A stretch of DNA of 64,000 nt, from positions 1 to 64,000 of the IMG/VR virus record IMGVR_UViG_3300029288_000084; one strand, written 5' to 3'. Under the pieces are notes generated by a model. It had not been told where the DNA came from. It saw nothing but the letters and a program-made list of their open reading frames with translations, and did not search any database. Positions 18,754 to 28,076 of this stretch are shown piece by piece. A program made the translations under genes and the position numbers. Each line of letters starts with the position of its first letter. Positions within the stretch are counted from its first letter, which is position 1. Source of the DNA: a virus (Duplodnaviria; Caudoviricetes).

Positions 18754-20036
18754 TTTAATTCCTTAATCCATTCTGCTATTCCAGATGTAGCATGCAACGC
18801 TTCTAATTGCTTGTACAATTCTTTTTCTTGCTCAAGTAATTTTTCAATTTCATCTGAAGTAAATTGATAAATTTTCATATCTATCAATTTTTCAACAAAC
18901 ACAAAACTATTTGCTTTTAACAATTTGATCAATTCTTGTTTTGTTAATTTCGTCAAATCAATTTTGTTGCTTATAATCATTGAAACAAATTTCTTTTTTT
19001 CTTTGATCAAATCAATATCATTACTGACTATTTGGGTATTTCTTCGGATTCTTTCATTGTATTTTGCAAGACGATAATTGATAAAATAATCAACCAACTT
19101 GACAGGATCTTCAAATTGGCGAAGTTTGTTTTCATTATCGATAACGACTATATTTTCAGTGAAGGTTGTTCTTAAACGAAGCAAACTAATAATTTCTTCG
19201 CTGGTAAGGTCTTTTCCAACCTTAACAGTAAAACCAAAATTCTTCTTACAATCTTCATCATAATCTTTTATATCTTTTCTTTCGAGAAGCTTTTCTAAAT
19301 ACGCAACATATTTCTCACGATCAAAACCAATAGGCAGTTCAGTTATTTTAATCAATCCATTTTTGATTTGTTCAAAACAACCTTCCATAATCCAAGAATT
19401 GCTATTTGGATCTTTAGTTATTTTTCCCTTAAAATCTTTGAAATAGGGTTCAAAGTGATAATGTGAATTTTTTTCTTCAAGTCTACTTCTAATGTAATTT
19501 TTGATCTTTTCTGGATCTCTTGGTAAAATGTAAGTTGCAAAACCAACCGCAATGCCTTCAGCCCCATTTACTAATACCCAAGGGATTGTTGGCAAATAGC
19601 ATTTAGGTTCTGGATTTTCGGGGTCAACATTCTTGTCAGTAATTTCAAAATCAGTAAAATATTTCAAAAAATCATTATTAAGTCTTACTTTGGTATATCG
19701 TCCAGCTGCTGCAACTTGAATCATTCTACTACCAAAACTGCCTTCACCATTGAACATCGGAATATTGTTTGCGCCAACAAAATTTTGAGTCAGTGTGTTT
19801 ATTGCACCTTCAATCGAAGCGTCGCCGTGATGATAATTCCCCTCAGCTAAAACGAAACCAGTTAAAGAAGCCGTTTTCATAGAAGCATTTTTACAATGCT
19901 TCATTGCAACGTGAAATATCTTTCGATGAACTGGTTTGAATCCATCAATGATATTGGGGATTGCTCGTTGATAGACTACGTACTTTGAATAGTCTTTGTA
20001 TTCGTTGTTGATGAATTCAGTTATGGATTTGTTCAT
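18750..20036 (-). CDS. 52: DNA topoisomerase II medium subunit gp52
   Basis: RAIPNIIDGFKPVHRK, YHHGDAS, GSFGSR, AAAGRYT (catalytic Tyr), LVNGAEGIAVGFAT, ITELP. Confidence 0.96.
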   Translation of the reverse strand: MNKSITEFINNEYKDYSKYVVYQRAIPNIIDGFKPVHRKIFHVAMKHCKNASMKTASLTGFVLAEGNYHHGDASIEGAINTLTQNFVGANNIPMFNGEGSFGSRMIQVAAAGRYTKVRLNNDFLKYFTDFEITDKNVDPENPEPKCYLPTIPWVLVNGAEGIAVGFATYILPRDPEKIKNYIRSRLEEKNSHYHFEPYFKDFKGKITKDPNSNSWIMEGCFEQIKNGLIKITELPIGFDREKYVAYLEKLLERKDIKDYDEDCKKNFGFTVKVGKDLTSEEIISLLRLRTTFTENIVVIDNENKLRQFEDPVKLVDYFINYRLAKYNERIRRNTQIVSNDIDLIKEKKKFVSMIISNKIDLTKLTKQELIKLLKANSFVFVEKLIDMKIYQFTSDEIEKLLEQEKELYKQLEALHATSGIAEWIKELK

Positions 20037-20350
20037 TTATTCTTTGTGTAAGCAAAATTCAAAAGCTCATGAAACCTTACACATGACATATCTTGACCTG
20101 CCTTGCAAATATTTTTGTAAGCGGGACAAGTGTGGCAATCAGGAATATTTCGCAGAAATGCCAGCATTTCTTTGCCCTTCTTATGAAATGGGCAATCAGG
20201 AGAATCTTTTGTAAACTGATACATTGGGCATTGACTATCACATGATGCATGAACATTGTCGCAAATTTCGTACAGCTCATTTGCTAACTCTGCATCAGTA
20301 GGGGTGCCACCCTCAATGAGCTTCATCAATAAATCGTGGTCCATAATCAA
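20033..20350 (-). CDS. Cys-rich early protein
   Basis: AGGAGG RBS after early promoter copy 4. Confidence 0.6.
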   Translation of the reverse strand: MIMDHDLLMKLIEGGTPTDAELANELYEICDNVHASCDSQCPMYQFTKDSPDCPFHKKGKEMLAFLRNIPDCHTCPAYKNICKAGQDMSCVRFHELLNFAYTKNK

Positions 20351-20365
20351 CCTCCTAAATTTTCT

Positions 20366-20410
20366 TACAACAATATTATAATATAGCTTTTAGAAAAAAA
20401 CAAGTAAAAA
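20366..20410 (-). promoter_or_regulatory. early-type promoter, repeat copy 4
   Basis: TTGTTT(20398-403)-N17-TATAAT(20375-80)-ATTGTTGTAAG. Confidence 0.8.
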
Positions 20411-20418
20411 ATAAATTT

Positions 20419-20676
20419 TTATATTCCTAAAGCTGTTCGTATTTCACGAACACTTTGAAAACCGGCTATACTGTTGATAATTTTATCATTATGATCTTTT
20501 TTAACTAAAGTAGGGGTTGATCTAACTTTACATTTAATTACTTCGTGGTTATTTTGTTTACTATTAACGTCAATTTCTGTAAAATTAATATTTTCTTTTT
20601 TTAATAATTTTATTAAAGCATGACAAGGAACACAGTCTTTTGATGTGAATACTAGTAGCTTTTCTCCCATAGACAC
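20419..20676 (-). CDS. thioredoxin/glutaredoxin
   Basis: FTSKDCVPC, VRSTPTLV, GFQ. Confidence 0.85.
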   Translation of the reverse strand: MSMGEKLLVFTSKDCVPCHALIKLLKKENINFTEIDVNSKQNNHEVIKCKVRSTPTLVKKDHNDKIINSIAGFQSVREIRTALGI

Positions 20677-20681
20677 TCTCC

Positions 20682-21476
20682 TTAAATTAGTTTATTTTCC
20701 AGTTGGTTAACTGGATTTTTTTTAATTTCTCTCTTTTTTCTATTCTCTTCTGACCATCTCATATTTTTTCTGCTTTCTTCTGATTTTGGGTGTCTCATAT
20801 GTTGTTTATGTAATTCTGATAAGGTTTTTCCTTTCATGGGGTGTATATGAGTAGAATACCATCTTTTATTTGATTCACTATTTTTTTGTATAGATTCTTT
20901 TGTATGATGTTTACCAAACATTTGATTATTTTCACCAGAACAATCTACACTATACCTTCCATTTTTTTCTCCTGATACAAGATAACCTTTACCAAACATG
21001 CCATTTCTTTGTCCAATATGAAGATATCCTTTTCCATAATTCCCATTTTTTGACCCTTTATTTATTTCATCAGGGTGAAGTTCATAGTATTTTTTTCTAG
21101 ATATTACTCGTTTTATTATCCATTTACTAGATTGTTTTCCATGAAAACCATCCCCACCAGATGTCAAATTTATACCAATTTCAGGATTTTGTGAATCATA
21201 TAATTTGATAAAATGTTTTTCCCATTCACTTAATTGTTGATGTTTTTCTTTTTTAGTTTGTATATCATTATCAAACATCATATAAATAATTTCTGTTCTT
21301 ATATTCTCTTTACTATATTTTTTTACTAAACGTGTAATTACAATACTTGAACCAACATATTTTGATTCATAAAATTCATTAGTTGATTTACAAATTCTTT
21401 TGCCAATGTATATTTTATTATAAAAAGATGATTCTAATATTGAGATTTGTGTTTTGTAAATTACACCAAATAACAT
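20682..21476 (-). mobile_element. GIY-YIG (Seg-like) homing endonuclease with NUMOD3 repeats, paralog A
   Basis: GVIYK..KIYIGK, Y.GS, WEKHFIKLYDSQNP.IG.NLT.GG; GxxNGMFGK repeats. Confidence 0.88.
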
Positions 21477-21518
21477 TATTTTATAATTCCTTGATTAATA
21501 TATATATAAAATAACATT

Positions 21519-22556
21519 TTATATTTTCCAATTTGATAGTTGTATTTTCTTTTTTAATCTACCAAAAACTACATATCTGTTAACAAACTCTGTCACTTGG
21601 TCTTGATTCCAATTATTTTTTACAGCTAATTCATTGAGATCTTTTATACTACTAGTAAATTTTTTGGGCCAAATAAATAAACCAAAATCTTCAATTGAAG
21701 AAATTTGATCATAATTTTTTACAGTTTGTATATTACGTGGCTCATTATCGAATATAAAAATTACTTTAGATGAATTAAACCGTTGTTTAATAAAATCTAA
21801 ATTAAAATTTGATTTAAGCATAGCGACAGAATTATTAATAACTAAACAATCAAAAATACCTTCTACAAAATAAATATTATCAACTATGTTTATTCTGTTA
21901 AAGTTATAACACAAAACATGATTAGTATCCTTGATCTTCACAGTTAAATACCTAACTTCGTTATTTGGATCTAAACTTCGACCTTGCAATCCAATCAATT
22001 CACCTTGTTGAGTATACAAGGGGAATACAATCCTTTCATCTATGTATTCCGTATTTTGATATTTTTCAGGCAAATAATTTTCAACAATCCATTTTTTGTA
22101 GTTGTCCGTATAGTAAGTGTCATGCCAATATTTACTATCGATTCTCCTGCGTTCTACATAGGTTCTTGCTATGTGTCCTGCAGGTAGTGAGTCAATGGTT
22201 TGAATATTTTTTACCGTATCATTTTTAGGAATTATTTTAGTTACTTGTTCAACTGTTTGAATTTGCTTAAAACCATTTTTTTCTTCAAAATTTTCCTTGT
22301 TGTATTCTCTTAACAAAGATTTATTCAATCTCTGTATAAAGAAAAACATACCACCAACAGATTCATGGCAGTTGAAACAATTGAAAAATAAACCTTGATG
22401 ATCAGGTGTTGGTATTAACCATCCCCGTTTTTTTGTTTTTGATTTTTGAGAATCGCCGCAAAAAGGACATCTGAAATTAAAATGATTTTTTTGAGCTTCT
22501 TTAAACTGCTCAAGATTTAGTAATTTGGCATAACGAATATCAGTAGCAAGTGACAT
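21519..22556 (-). CDS. 61: DNA primase gp61
   Basis: NFRCPFCGDS..K.RGW, CFNC, RIVFP, QGRSL, FVEGIFD, FDNEPRN, KDLNE. Confidence 0.95.
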   Translation of the reverse strand: MSLATDIRYAKLLNLEQFKEAQKNHFNFRCPFCGDSQKSKTKKRGWLIPTPDHQGLFFNCFNCHESVGGMFFFIQRLNKSLLREYNKENFEEKNGFKQIQTVEQVTKIIPKNDTVKNIQTIDSLPAGHIARTYVERRRIDSKYWHDTYYTDNYKKWIVENYLPEKYQNTEYIDERIVFPLYTQQGELIGLQGRSLDPNNEVRYLTVKIKDTNHVLCYNFNRINIVDNIYFVEGIFDCLVINNSVAMLKSNFNLDFIKQRFNSSKVIFIFDNEPRNIQTVKNYDQISSIEDFGLFIWPKKFTSSIKDLNELAVKNNWNQDQVTEFVNRYVVFGRLKKKIQLSNWKI

Positions 22557-22562
22557 AAATTT

Positions 22563-22940
22563 CTATATTACAAAAAGACCATCAGAAACTTTACCTTCCA
22601 ACATCCCAAGATGCTTCATCCTGAAATAAGTGGATTTCGTATCCATTTTTTCCATTGGGAATAAACTATCTATAAAAACAATTTCTGATTTAAATGTGTC
22701 AACAATATTATCTTCATTTACAACAACACTTTTGTAAGGATGGGTGTGAGCTCTCCACATAGCAATTAATCTACCAAGTTTCTTTCGATAGTTAATATCA
22801 TCTGGGTTTTTTGTGGCAATACCAAGTTTTAAAAGAGTTGGTTCGTTAGCTACTCTATCAACGTATGCAGCTATCGTTATGCCTCGTTGATGGTGCTCTC
22901 CAGTCATTAAATGACAAAAAAACTCATTCTTCTGATTCAT
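22563..22940 (-). CDS. conserved hypothetical phage protein
   Basis: GIA.KNPDD.NY.KKLGRLIA; AGGAGG RBS. Confidence 0.55.
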   Translation of the reverse strand: MNQKNEFFCHLMTGEHHQRGITIAAYVDRVANEPTLLKLGIATKNPDDINYRKKLGRLIAMWRAHTHPYKSVVVNEDNIVDTFKSEIVFIDSLFPMEKMDTKSTYFRMKHLGMLEGKVSDGLFVI

Positions 22941-22952
22941 AGCAAACCTCCT

Positions 22953-23837
22953 TTATTCAAATATCTCTCTACTTCTCGCTAAAATAGCATTCAAATCTTT
23001 TGAATGCAGATATGCTTGCAATTGTGTTCCTTCTTTTGGAAGTTCATATGAAACATATCTTTTCAAAATAACTTCAGAAATTTGTTTTGGAATACAATCG
23101 AAATTGATCAAACGATTGTTGCGTTTGAAGTTTAATTCTAATTTATTTTCTGTGATGAATTTATCAATATCATTATCAATAACATGTTGCCAAGCTTTTT
23201 TTTCTCCGAATGGTTTTTGTCTTTTTTTCTTAACAACGAATGTATCACTATCTGACAAAATATTTGGTATACCATCTCCTGGATCACCACATAGTACTTT
23301 TGCTTTCAAAACATTTTCAGCATTATCAATTTTTACATTCTTGAAATTTATGTGGTCGTATTGATATAAAACATTTGGATATTTTTGTAACTGATAAAAG
23401 TCTTTATCAGTAGAAACAACAATTGAGGAATCGCCAGTCTCAGAAAAATGTTTTGCAAGAACTGCAACCCAATCATCTGCTTCAACATATTCATTTCTCA
23501 AAATATAGAAAGGAAAATATGCTTTTAATTCTGAATAAAAATTGTCAATTAAGTTAAATAATCTTTTAAAATCAAGATCTAATTTTTCCCTTGACTTAGC
23601 TCTATCTGCTTTGTAATAAGGAAAGATTTCTCTACGCCAATTTATTTTATGATCCAGTAAAAGAAATACATTTTGATGTTTAATCTCTAACTTCTTCTTT
23701 ATCGATAAAATTTTGTTAAGACAAAGATGTCTAACAAAATTTTCATTACCTGCCAAACCTTCTTCACGTAAATCCATAAAAAAAATACTGTAAATAATAT
23801 TTGAAAAATCAACCAACAATTTTATATTACTTAGCAT
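22953..23837 (-). CDS. rnh: RNase H / 5'-3' exonuclease (T4 rnh)
   Basis: LVDFSN, WRREIFPYYKADR, EADD, STDKDFYQLQ, GDPGDGIPNILS, RNNRLINF. Confidence 0.93.
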   Translation of the reverse strand: MLSNIKLLVDFSNIIYSIFFMDLREEGLAGNENFVRHLCLNKILSIKKKLEIKHQNVFLLLDHKINWRREIFPYYKADRAKSREKLDLDFKRLFNLIDNFYSELKAYFPFYILRNEYVEADDWVAVLAKHFSETGDSSIVVSTDKDFYQLQKYPNVLYQYDHINFKNVKIDNAENVLKAKVLCGDPGDGIPNILSDSDTFVVKKKRQKPFGEKKAWQHVIDNDIDKFITENKLELNFKRNNRLINFDCIPKQISEVILKRYVSYELPKEGTQLQAYLHSKDLNAILARSREIFE

Positions 23838-24118
23838 TAGTTATCTATAATCAATTCACCCTTTTCATCGTAATACCAATCATCAGTTTTATCTATAGCT
23901 ATTTCAGGAAAATCGAATTTATCATATGGTGCATCTGCACATTTCTCACATTTTTCAACAAACATAATATCATAAGATGAATAATGGCAATTGAAAGAAT
24001 TACATTCACCGCCTTCTACAACAGGACATTTATTATCGTTATTCTGGCATGATGTAATACGCAATTCAGCATCGGCGTTAAATTTTTTTAATTCTTCAAT
24101 TAATTCTTTCACTTTCAT
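23837..24118 (-). CDS. hypothetical protein
   Basis: MKVKELIEELKKFNADAE common phage N-terminus. Confidence 0.55.
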   Translation of the reverse strand: MKVKELIEELKKFNADAELRITSCQNNDNKCPVVEGGECNSFNCHYSSYDIMFVEKCEKCADAPYDKFDFPEIAIDKTDDWYYDEKGELIIDN

Positions 24119-24119
24119 T

Positions 24120-24521
24120 TTATTTCTCCTTTGATTCGATAAGTAATTCTACTCGTCTATTTCCTGTCAATTTTAAATCAATCAGTGTTAAATCATTATT
24201 TCTGTGAACAACTCTGATAAAGCGATTAAAGAAATCTAACAACTCTTTCTTCGATTCTTTGAAATATTTCCTTCGATCTATCCAATAAATAGAATATTTG
24301 AGATGCTCATTATCCTTCTTGTTTATTTTAATTTGTATTGGACTATCTACAAATACTCTTAATAACATCAAAATATAAGTGTAACAAATACGTTCTAATC
24401 TTTGAACATCTTTAGGATTAGAATTTGAATCATTTTTTGCAATTTTTAATGCTTCTGTTACTTGTTTTATTTTTTGTTCAAAAGGCTCAAAAACATCTAT
24501 GAGTTGTTTAATAGGATCCAT
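24120..24521 (-). CDS. hypothetical protein
   Basis: first gene after a class II promoter. Confidence 0.55.
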   Translation of the reverse strand: MDPIKQLIDVFEPFEQKIKQVTEALKIAKNDSNSNPKDVQRLERICYTYILMLLRVFVDSPIQIKINKKDNEHLKYSIYWIDRRKYFKESKKELLDFFNRFIRVVHRNNDLTLIDLKLTGNRRVELLIESKEK

Positions 24522-24540
24522 TTATACCTCTTTCAAATAG

Positions 24541-24571
24541 ATTATATGATAAATATTACTTTAATTTAGTA
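24541..24571 (-). promoter_or_regulatory. TACTAAAT-N17-TATAAT promoter (class II)
   Basis: exact motif and spacer. Confidence 0.8.
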
Positions 24572-24575
24572 AAAA

Positions 24576-24842
24576 TCAAGAATTTAATTTAGTTGCTATA
24601 TAAGTTCCAAGCCATAAACCACAAAAGTAACCAATTCCGATAGGAATATTCCTATTTATGAGAATTTCGCCCCAAACAAATACGCTCAAGATCGATATCA
24701 GCGTACCCGTATTTGCAGCCTGTAAAGCCATGCCCTGGCAGGTACATTTGGTGTACCTCGCAACCAAAAAATCTTGAATAAAACCGATGCAGAAATACAG
24801 TAATGCGCTTAACATTGGAAGGAGGTTCCTCCTCTTGTTCAA
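24576..24842 (-). CDS. small multi-TM membrane protein
   Basis: three hydrophobic helices, G.W.GT. Confidence 0.55.
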   Translation of the reverse strand: MNKRRNLLPMLSALLYFCIGFIQDFLVARYTKCTCQGMALQAANTGTLISILSVFVWGEILINRNIPIGIGYFCGLWLGTYIATKLNS

Positions 24843-24859
24843 TTACTAATCTTTCCATT

Positions 24860-25345
24860 CTATCTCACTTTAATAAAAAGACCTTCAGGCGTCTTTATGT
24901 AGAAAGATTTTAAAAAATTCTTATTTGCCCAATGATGAATGCCTTTATCTTGTAGCAAATGTTCCCAACGTTCACTTTTCTTTTTGCCATCTAATATTTT
25001 TGAAATTGTGTGTTTATCATCAATATTGAAAAATGGATGTCCTTCATGTGTAGATCCATCAGGTCGTCTTGTAACTACGCCAAGAGGTTGATCATATTTA
25101 ACAACATCACCTGTTGCTGTATCTTCTAGTAATTTAAAAAACTGTTCGAATTCTTCTTTCTTAAGCTTTCCCTTTAGCCAATGTTTCAATGTTCCTGTAA
25201 CAGCTTTCCAATATTTATCGCCTTCAGATTCTTTTATATTCAATTCATTAGTAACATATGCTTTTGCTTTTGACCATATTTCTTCAATTTCTTTTGTTGA
25301 CAATCCTGTTTTTTCAGAAAAAGATTTAATTACATTATTTGGCAT
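24860..25345 (-). CDS. putative late/head-associated protein
   Basis: MPNNVIKSFSEKTG..EIWSKAK; N-terminus duplicated at 26202-26297. Confidence 0.6.
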   Translation of the reverse strand: MPNNVIKSFSEKTGLSTKEIEEIWSKAKAYVTNELNIKESEGDKYWKAVTGTLKHWLKGKLKKEEFEQFFKLLEDTATGDVVKYDQPLGVVTRRPDGSTHEGHPFFNIDDKHTISKILDGKKKSERWEHLLQDKGIHHWANKNFLKSFYIKTPEGLFIKVR

Positions 25346-26019
25346 AATTTATCCTCATTCTTACATGATATACAATATTTACTACTATTAGATGTTTTAA
25401 TAAATTCTTTGCCACAAATTTTACAAATTGTTTTAAATTGAATTTTCTCTTTTGTATTTTTACATATATCGCAAAAATATCTTCTATTGCCATTACTTTT
25501 AAATTCTATTCCACATTTTTTACAAATTCTTTTATACATTATACTATGACGTATTACTTTCATTTTACTTTTTATTTTTTCTGAATTTTTTCTCCCTCTG
25601 TGACCATTTCCGTTTTTTATTTTTGCTTTTTTAGTTGCAGGAACACCTTTATTCCAGGCTGAATGTATTTTAAAATATTTTTTTCTTTCTATTCGTTTAT
25701 TTTCTTTTTGCTTTTCACCCCATTTATTTCCTTTAATCCCTGCTCCACCATCTGTCAAATTATATCCAACAGGAACCTTAGTATTTAATTTTTTAATCCA
25801 CAAAATTTCATATCTATTTAATTCTTTTTTATTAGAAATATCTTTTACCATAACCCATTTTTCAAAATTTTCTAAACCATATTTTTGAATTGATCTCTGA
25901 ATATAAATTCCAGAACCCCAGTAATTTGATTCTTGGAATTCTTTGTTGGAATTATAATGAGAAGATTGTCCAATATAACACTTTCCGTTAATTTTGTTTC
26001 TTATACAGTAAATAAGCAT
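25330..26019 (-). mobile_element. GIY-YIG homing endonuclease with C-terminal CxxC zinc fingers
   Basis: LIYCIRNKINGKCYIGQS, YWGSG, EILWIK, GYNLTDGG. Confidence 0.9.
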
Positions 26020-26020
26020 T

Positions 26021-26221
26021 CTAGTTATTCTCTCTATTCCATTGTCGATATAGATCCATTATCATTTCTCGTTCTTCTTGTGTTGCATTATTTGGAGTTT
26101 GATTTCTTGTTGTATTTGTTATATGATGAATTTTATTATTGATAAAAGAAACTACAAAATTTTCACCTGTAATTTTATTAGTAATACATTCTATTTGAGA
26201 GTTAAATTTTTGTTTTTTCAT
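26021..26221 (-). CDS. hypothetical protein
   Basis: ORF inside the duplicated-start insertion. Confidence 0.45.
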   Translation of the reverse strand: MKKQKFNSQIECITNKITGENFVVSFINNKIHHITNTTRNQTPNNATQEEREMIMDLYRQWNRENN

Positions 26222-26297
26222 TATCCCATTTAGATTCTATTTCTTGAACAGGAAGTCCTGTTTTCTCAGAAAAAGATTTTACAAGTGCGTTAGGCAT
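26202..26297 (-). pseudogene. truncated duplicate of the 24860-25345 N-terminus
   Basis: MPNALVKSFSEKTGLPVQEIESKW vs MPNNVIKSFSEKTGLSTKEIEEIW; stops after 31 codons. Confidence 0.75.
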
Positions 26298-26304
26298 CTT
26301 AATC

Positions 26305-26469
26305 CTATTTTAAATGATCATGTCTAAAAGTAATAGTATGGCCGCATTTGGGGCATTTAGAAACTTGGCCCTTTTTAGTATTTTTTACAATATATCTATG
26401 ACCGCATTTTTTACAATTCACTGCTACAATATTCCCCATTTGATCTTCAAATAATTGTTTTACTTTCAC
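26305..26469 (-). CDS. 54-aa zinc-ribbon protein with MKVKQLFE leader (not in the ORF track)
   Basis: GTG start overlapping the upstream stop; CKKCGH...CPKCGH. Confidence 0.6.
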   Translation of the reverse strand: MKVKQLFEDQMGNIVAVNCKKCGHRYIVKNTKKGQVSKCPKCGHTITFRHDHLK

Positions 26470-26990
26470 TGCAGTTCCTCTTTTGTAAATATTGTATCAC
26501 CACATTTATATATAAAAATTCCAACAAATTTATCAACAGGCATAAGATCTTCTTTGAATTGAATTTTTTTACCATTCAAAATATAGTCACCCTTTTGAAT
26601 TACTGAATTATCTTTTCCAGTCCAAACATTTTCAAAACTTTCTTGTAATCTGTTCGAAAATCTCAAATATTCTTGTAATTCAACATTTTCTTTTAAACAG
26701 TAATTTAAAACAACCTTTGCAACATCTTCGTTATGTTCTTTTATGAGATAAATAATAGAAAGAATTGCAGCTGCTTTCGAAGGACCAATTGTTTTTGTAA
26801 CTACCTGTTTTAAATTTCTAATAATTTTTTCAAATAATCCAAAAGCTTGTTTTTCATCTGTAAGAATTGGTTGTTTTACTGTATTGCCATTCTCATCTAT
26901 CAATCCAAGTTTAAAAGCATTCCATTCTTTGAAGGGTTTTGATAAAAGTTCAATAAGTTTGTACGACAAATATGCCGACCAAATATTCAT
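26466..26990 (-). CDS. conserved T4-like-phage hypothetical protein
   Basis: YKLIELLSKPFKEWNAFKLGLIDENG resembles a family seen in T4-like phages. Confidence 0.6.
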   Translation of the reverse strand: MNIWSAYLSYKLIELLSKPFKEWNAFKLGLIDENGNTVKQPILTDEKQAFGLFEKIIRNLKQVVTKTIGPSKAAAILSIIYLIKEHNEDVAKVVLNYCLKENVELQEYLRFSNRLQESFENVWTGKDNSVIQKGDYILNGKKIQFKEDLMPVDKFVGIFIYKCGDTIFTKEELQ

Positions 26991-27226
26991 TTAAAATACT
27001 TTGCTAAATTATGCATTTTTTGTGCTTTTAGTTTAGATAAATACTGGGCACGATCTATTGGCTCAATTTTTTTAAATTCCTTTCCAAAATCAATCATTTG
27101 TTGCTTAATCTTTTTCTTCTGTTCTGGATCTGTACAGGCATCATATTTCTTCTGTAATTCTTGTAATTGACTTTGGCGGGATTTGCCTTGTTGTACAATT
27201 TCCTCAAATATTTGTCTTACTTTCAT
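26987..27226 (-). CDS. putative internal head protein
   Basis: MKVRQIFE leader; TATAAATA late promoter upstream. Confidence 0.55.
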   Translation of the reverse strand: MKVRQIFEEIVQQGKSRQSQLQELQKKYDACTDPEQKKKIKQQMIDFGKEFKKIEPIDRAQYLSKLKAQKMHNLAKYFK

Positions 27227-27360
27227 TTTACCCCCTTTCTATTATTTATAAAATTTATTTTGGTTGTTATGCATTTATTACAACTCTTTTGATTACCACT
27301 ATTTGCAGTAAATGAATTATTACAAACTTTACAAATTAAAGAATATACTGTTTTCTTCAT
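27223..27360 (-). pseudogene. orphan homing-endonuclease C-terminal zinc finger (45 aa)
   Basis: LICKVCNNSFTANSGNQKSCNKC vs LICKKCKTEFIGTSGNQKLCLNC in 46124-46951. Confidence 0.55.
27243..27250 (-). promoter_or_regulatory. T4-type late promoter TATAAATA
   Basis: exact consensus ahead of an RBS; gp55 is encoded in the window. Confidence 0.65.
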
Positions 27361-27364
27361 ATGA

Positions 27365-27760
27365 TCATTTAAAAATTCTCTGATCGTTTTTCTCTAAAAG
27401 TTGGAGAAAATTTGAATTCATTCTGTTAGAAATCTGAATATCATCCTCATAATACACGATAGAACAAAAATACTCAAACAATTTTTCATCTTCCGAAAAA
27501 TAATTTACAGCAATATATGTAATTCCTGTAATATCAAAAACATTTCTCAAAAGGATATATTTGTTAAAAATCAGACAAAAATTAAAATTTTCCTTTCCAT
27601 TTATCACTTGTTTCAAAAGTTTTTTCAAATCATATATGACATCACAATCACAAACAAATTCATTTATGGAATTTCCATTGTGATTTTGATATAACTTGAG
27701 TAAATTATTATCAAGTGATGTTACACCAAATATTTTTTCAATTTTCTTTATTAAGCCCAT
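27365..27760 (-). CDS. conserved T4-like-phage hypothetical protein
   Basis: EF..D...IY.LKKLL....LIFNKYILLRNVF pattern. Confidence 0.55.
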   Translation of the reverse strand: MGLIKKIEKIFGVTSLDNNLLKLYQNHNGNSINEFVCDCDVIYDLKKLLKQVINGKENFNFCLIFNKYILLRNVFDITGITYIAVNYFSEDEKLFEYFCSIVYYEDDIQISNRMNSNFLQLLEKNDQRIFK

Positions 27761-28058
27761 TTTTTAACTCCAATCTGCTAATTATAAGTTCGACTAAGGA
27801 ATTTTTGACTTTTTCAAGATCACCAAAGTTTGCATAATATTGTTCATCAGAAACAAATTTACAATAGTAAGAAGCAGATCCTATTTTTTCATACCCTTTT
27901 TTAAGTTTTCTAAGATTATAAATAGCAATTGTTTTCCCAGTATAATCAACTAACATATGAATATCGAATTTTTTTTGAACTATTTCTACCGAAGAAAAAA
28001 TAATTTTATACTTGTCTTTTATCTCCAGAAACTCTGGCGTCTGCAATATTTCTTTCAT
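27738..28058 (-). CDS. hypothetical protein
   Basis: co-directional ORF. Confidence 0.5.
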   Translation of the reverse strand: MKEILQTPEFLEIKDKYKIIFSSVEIVQKKFDIHMLVDYTGKTIAIYNLRKLKKGYEKIGSASYYCKFVSDEQYYANFGDLEKVKNSLVELIISRLELKNGLNKEN

Positions 28059-28076
28059 ACATATATGTATAATACA

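Noticed and set aside
4129-20410. Repeated 45-mers as a CRISPR array or IS ends
   Set aside because: They are dispersed by kilobases, all in one orientation, and carry -35/-10 boxes followed by an RBS, so they are promoters.
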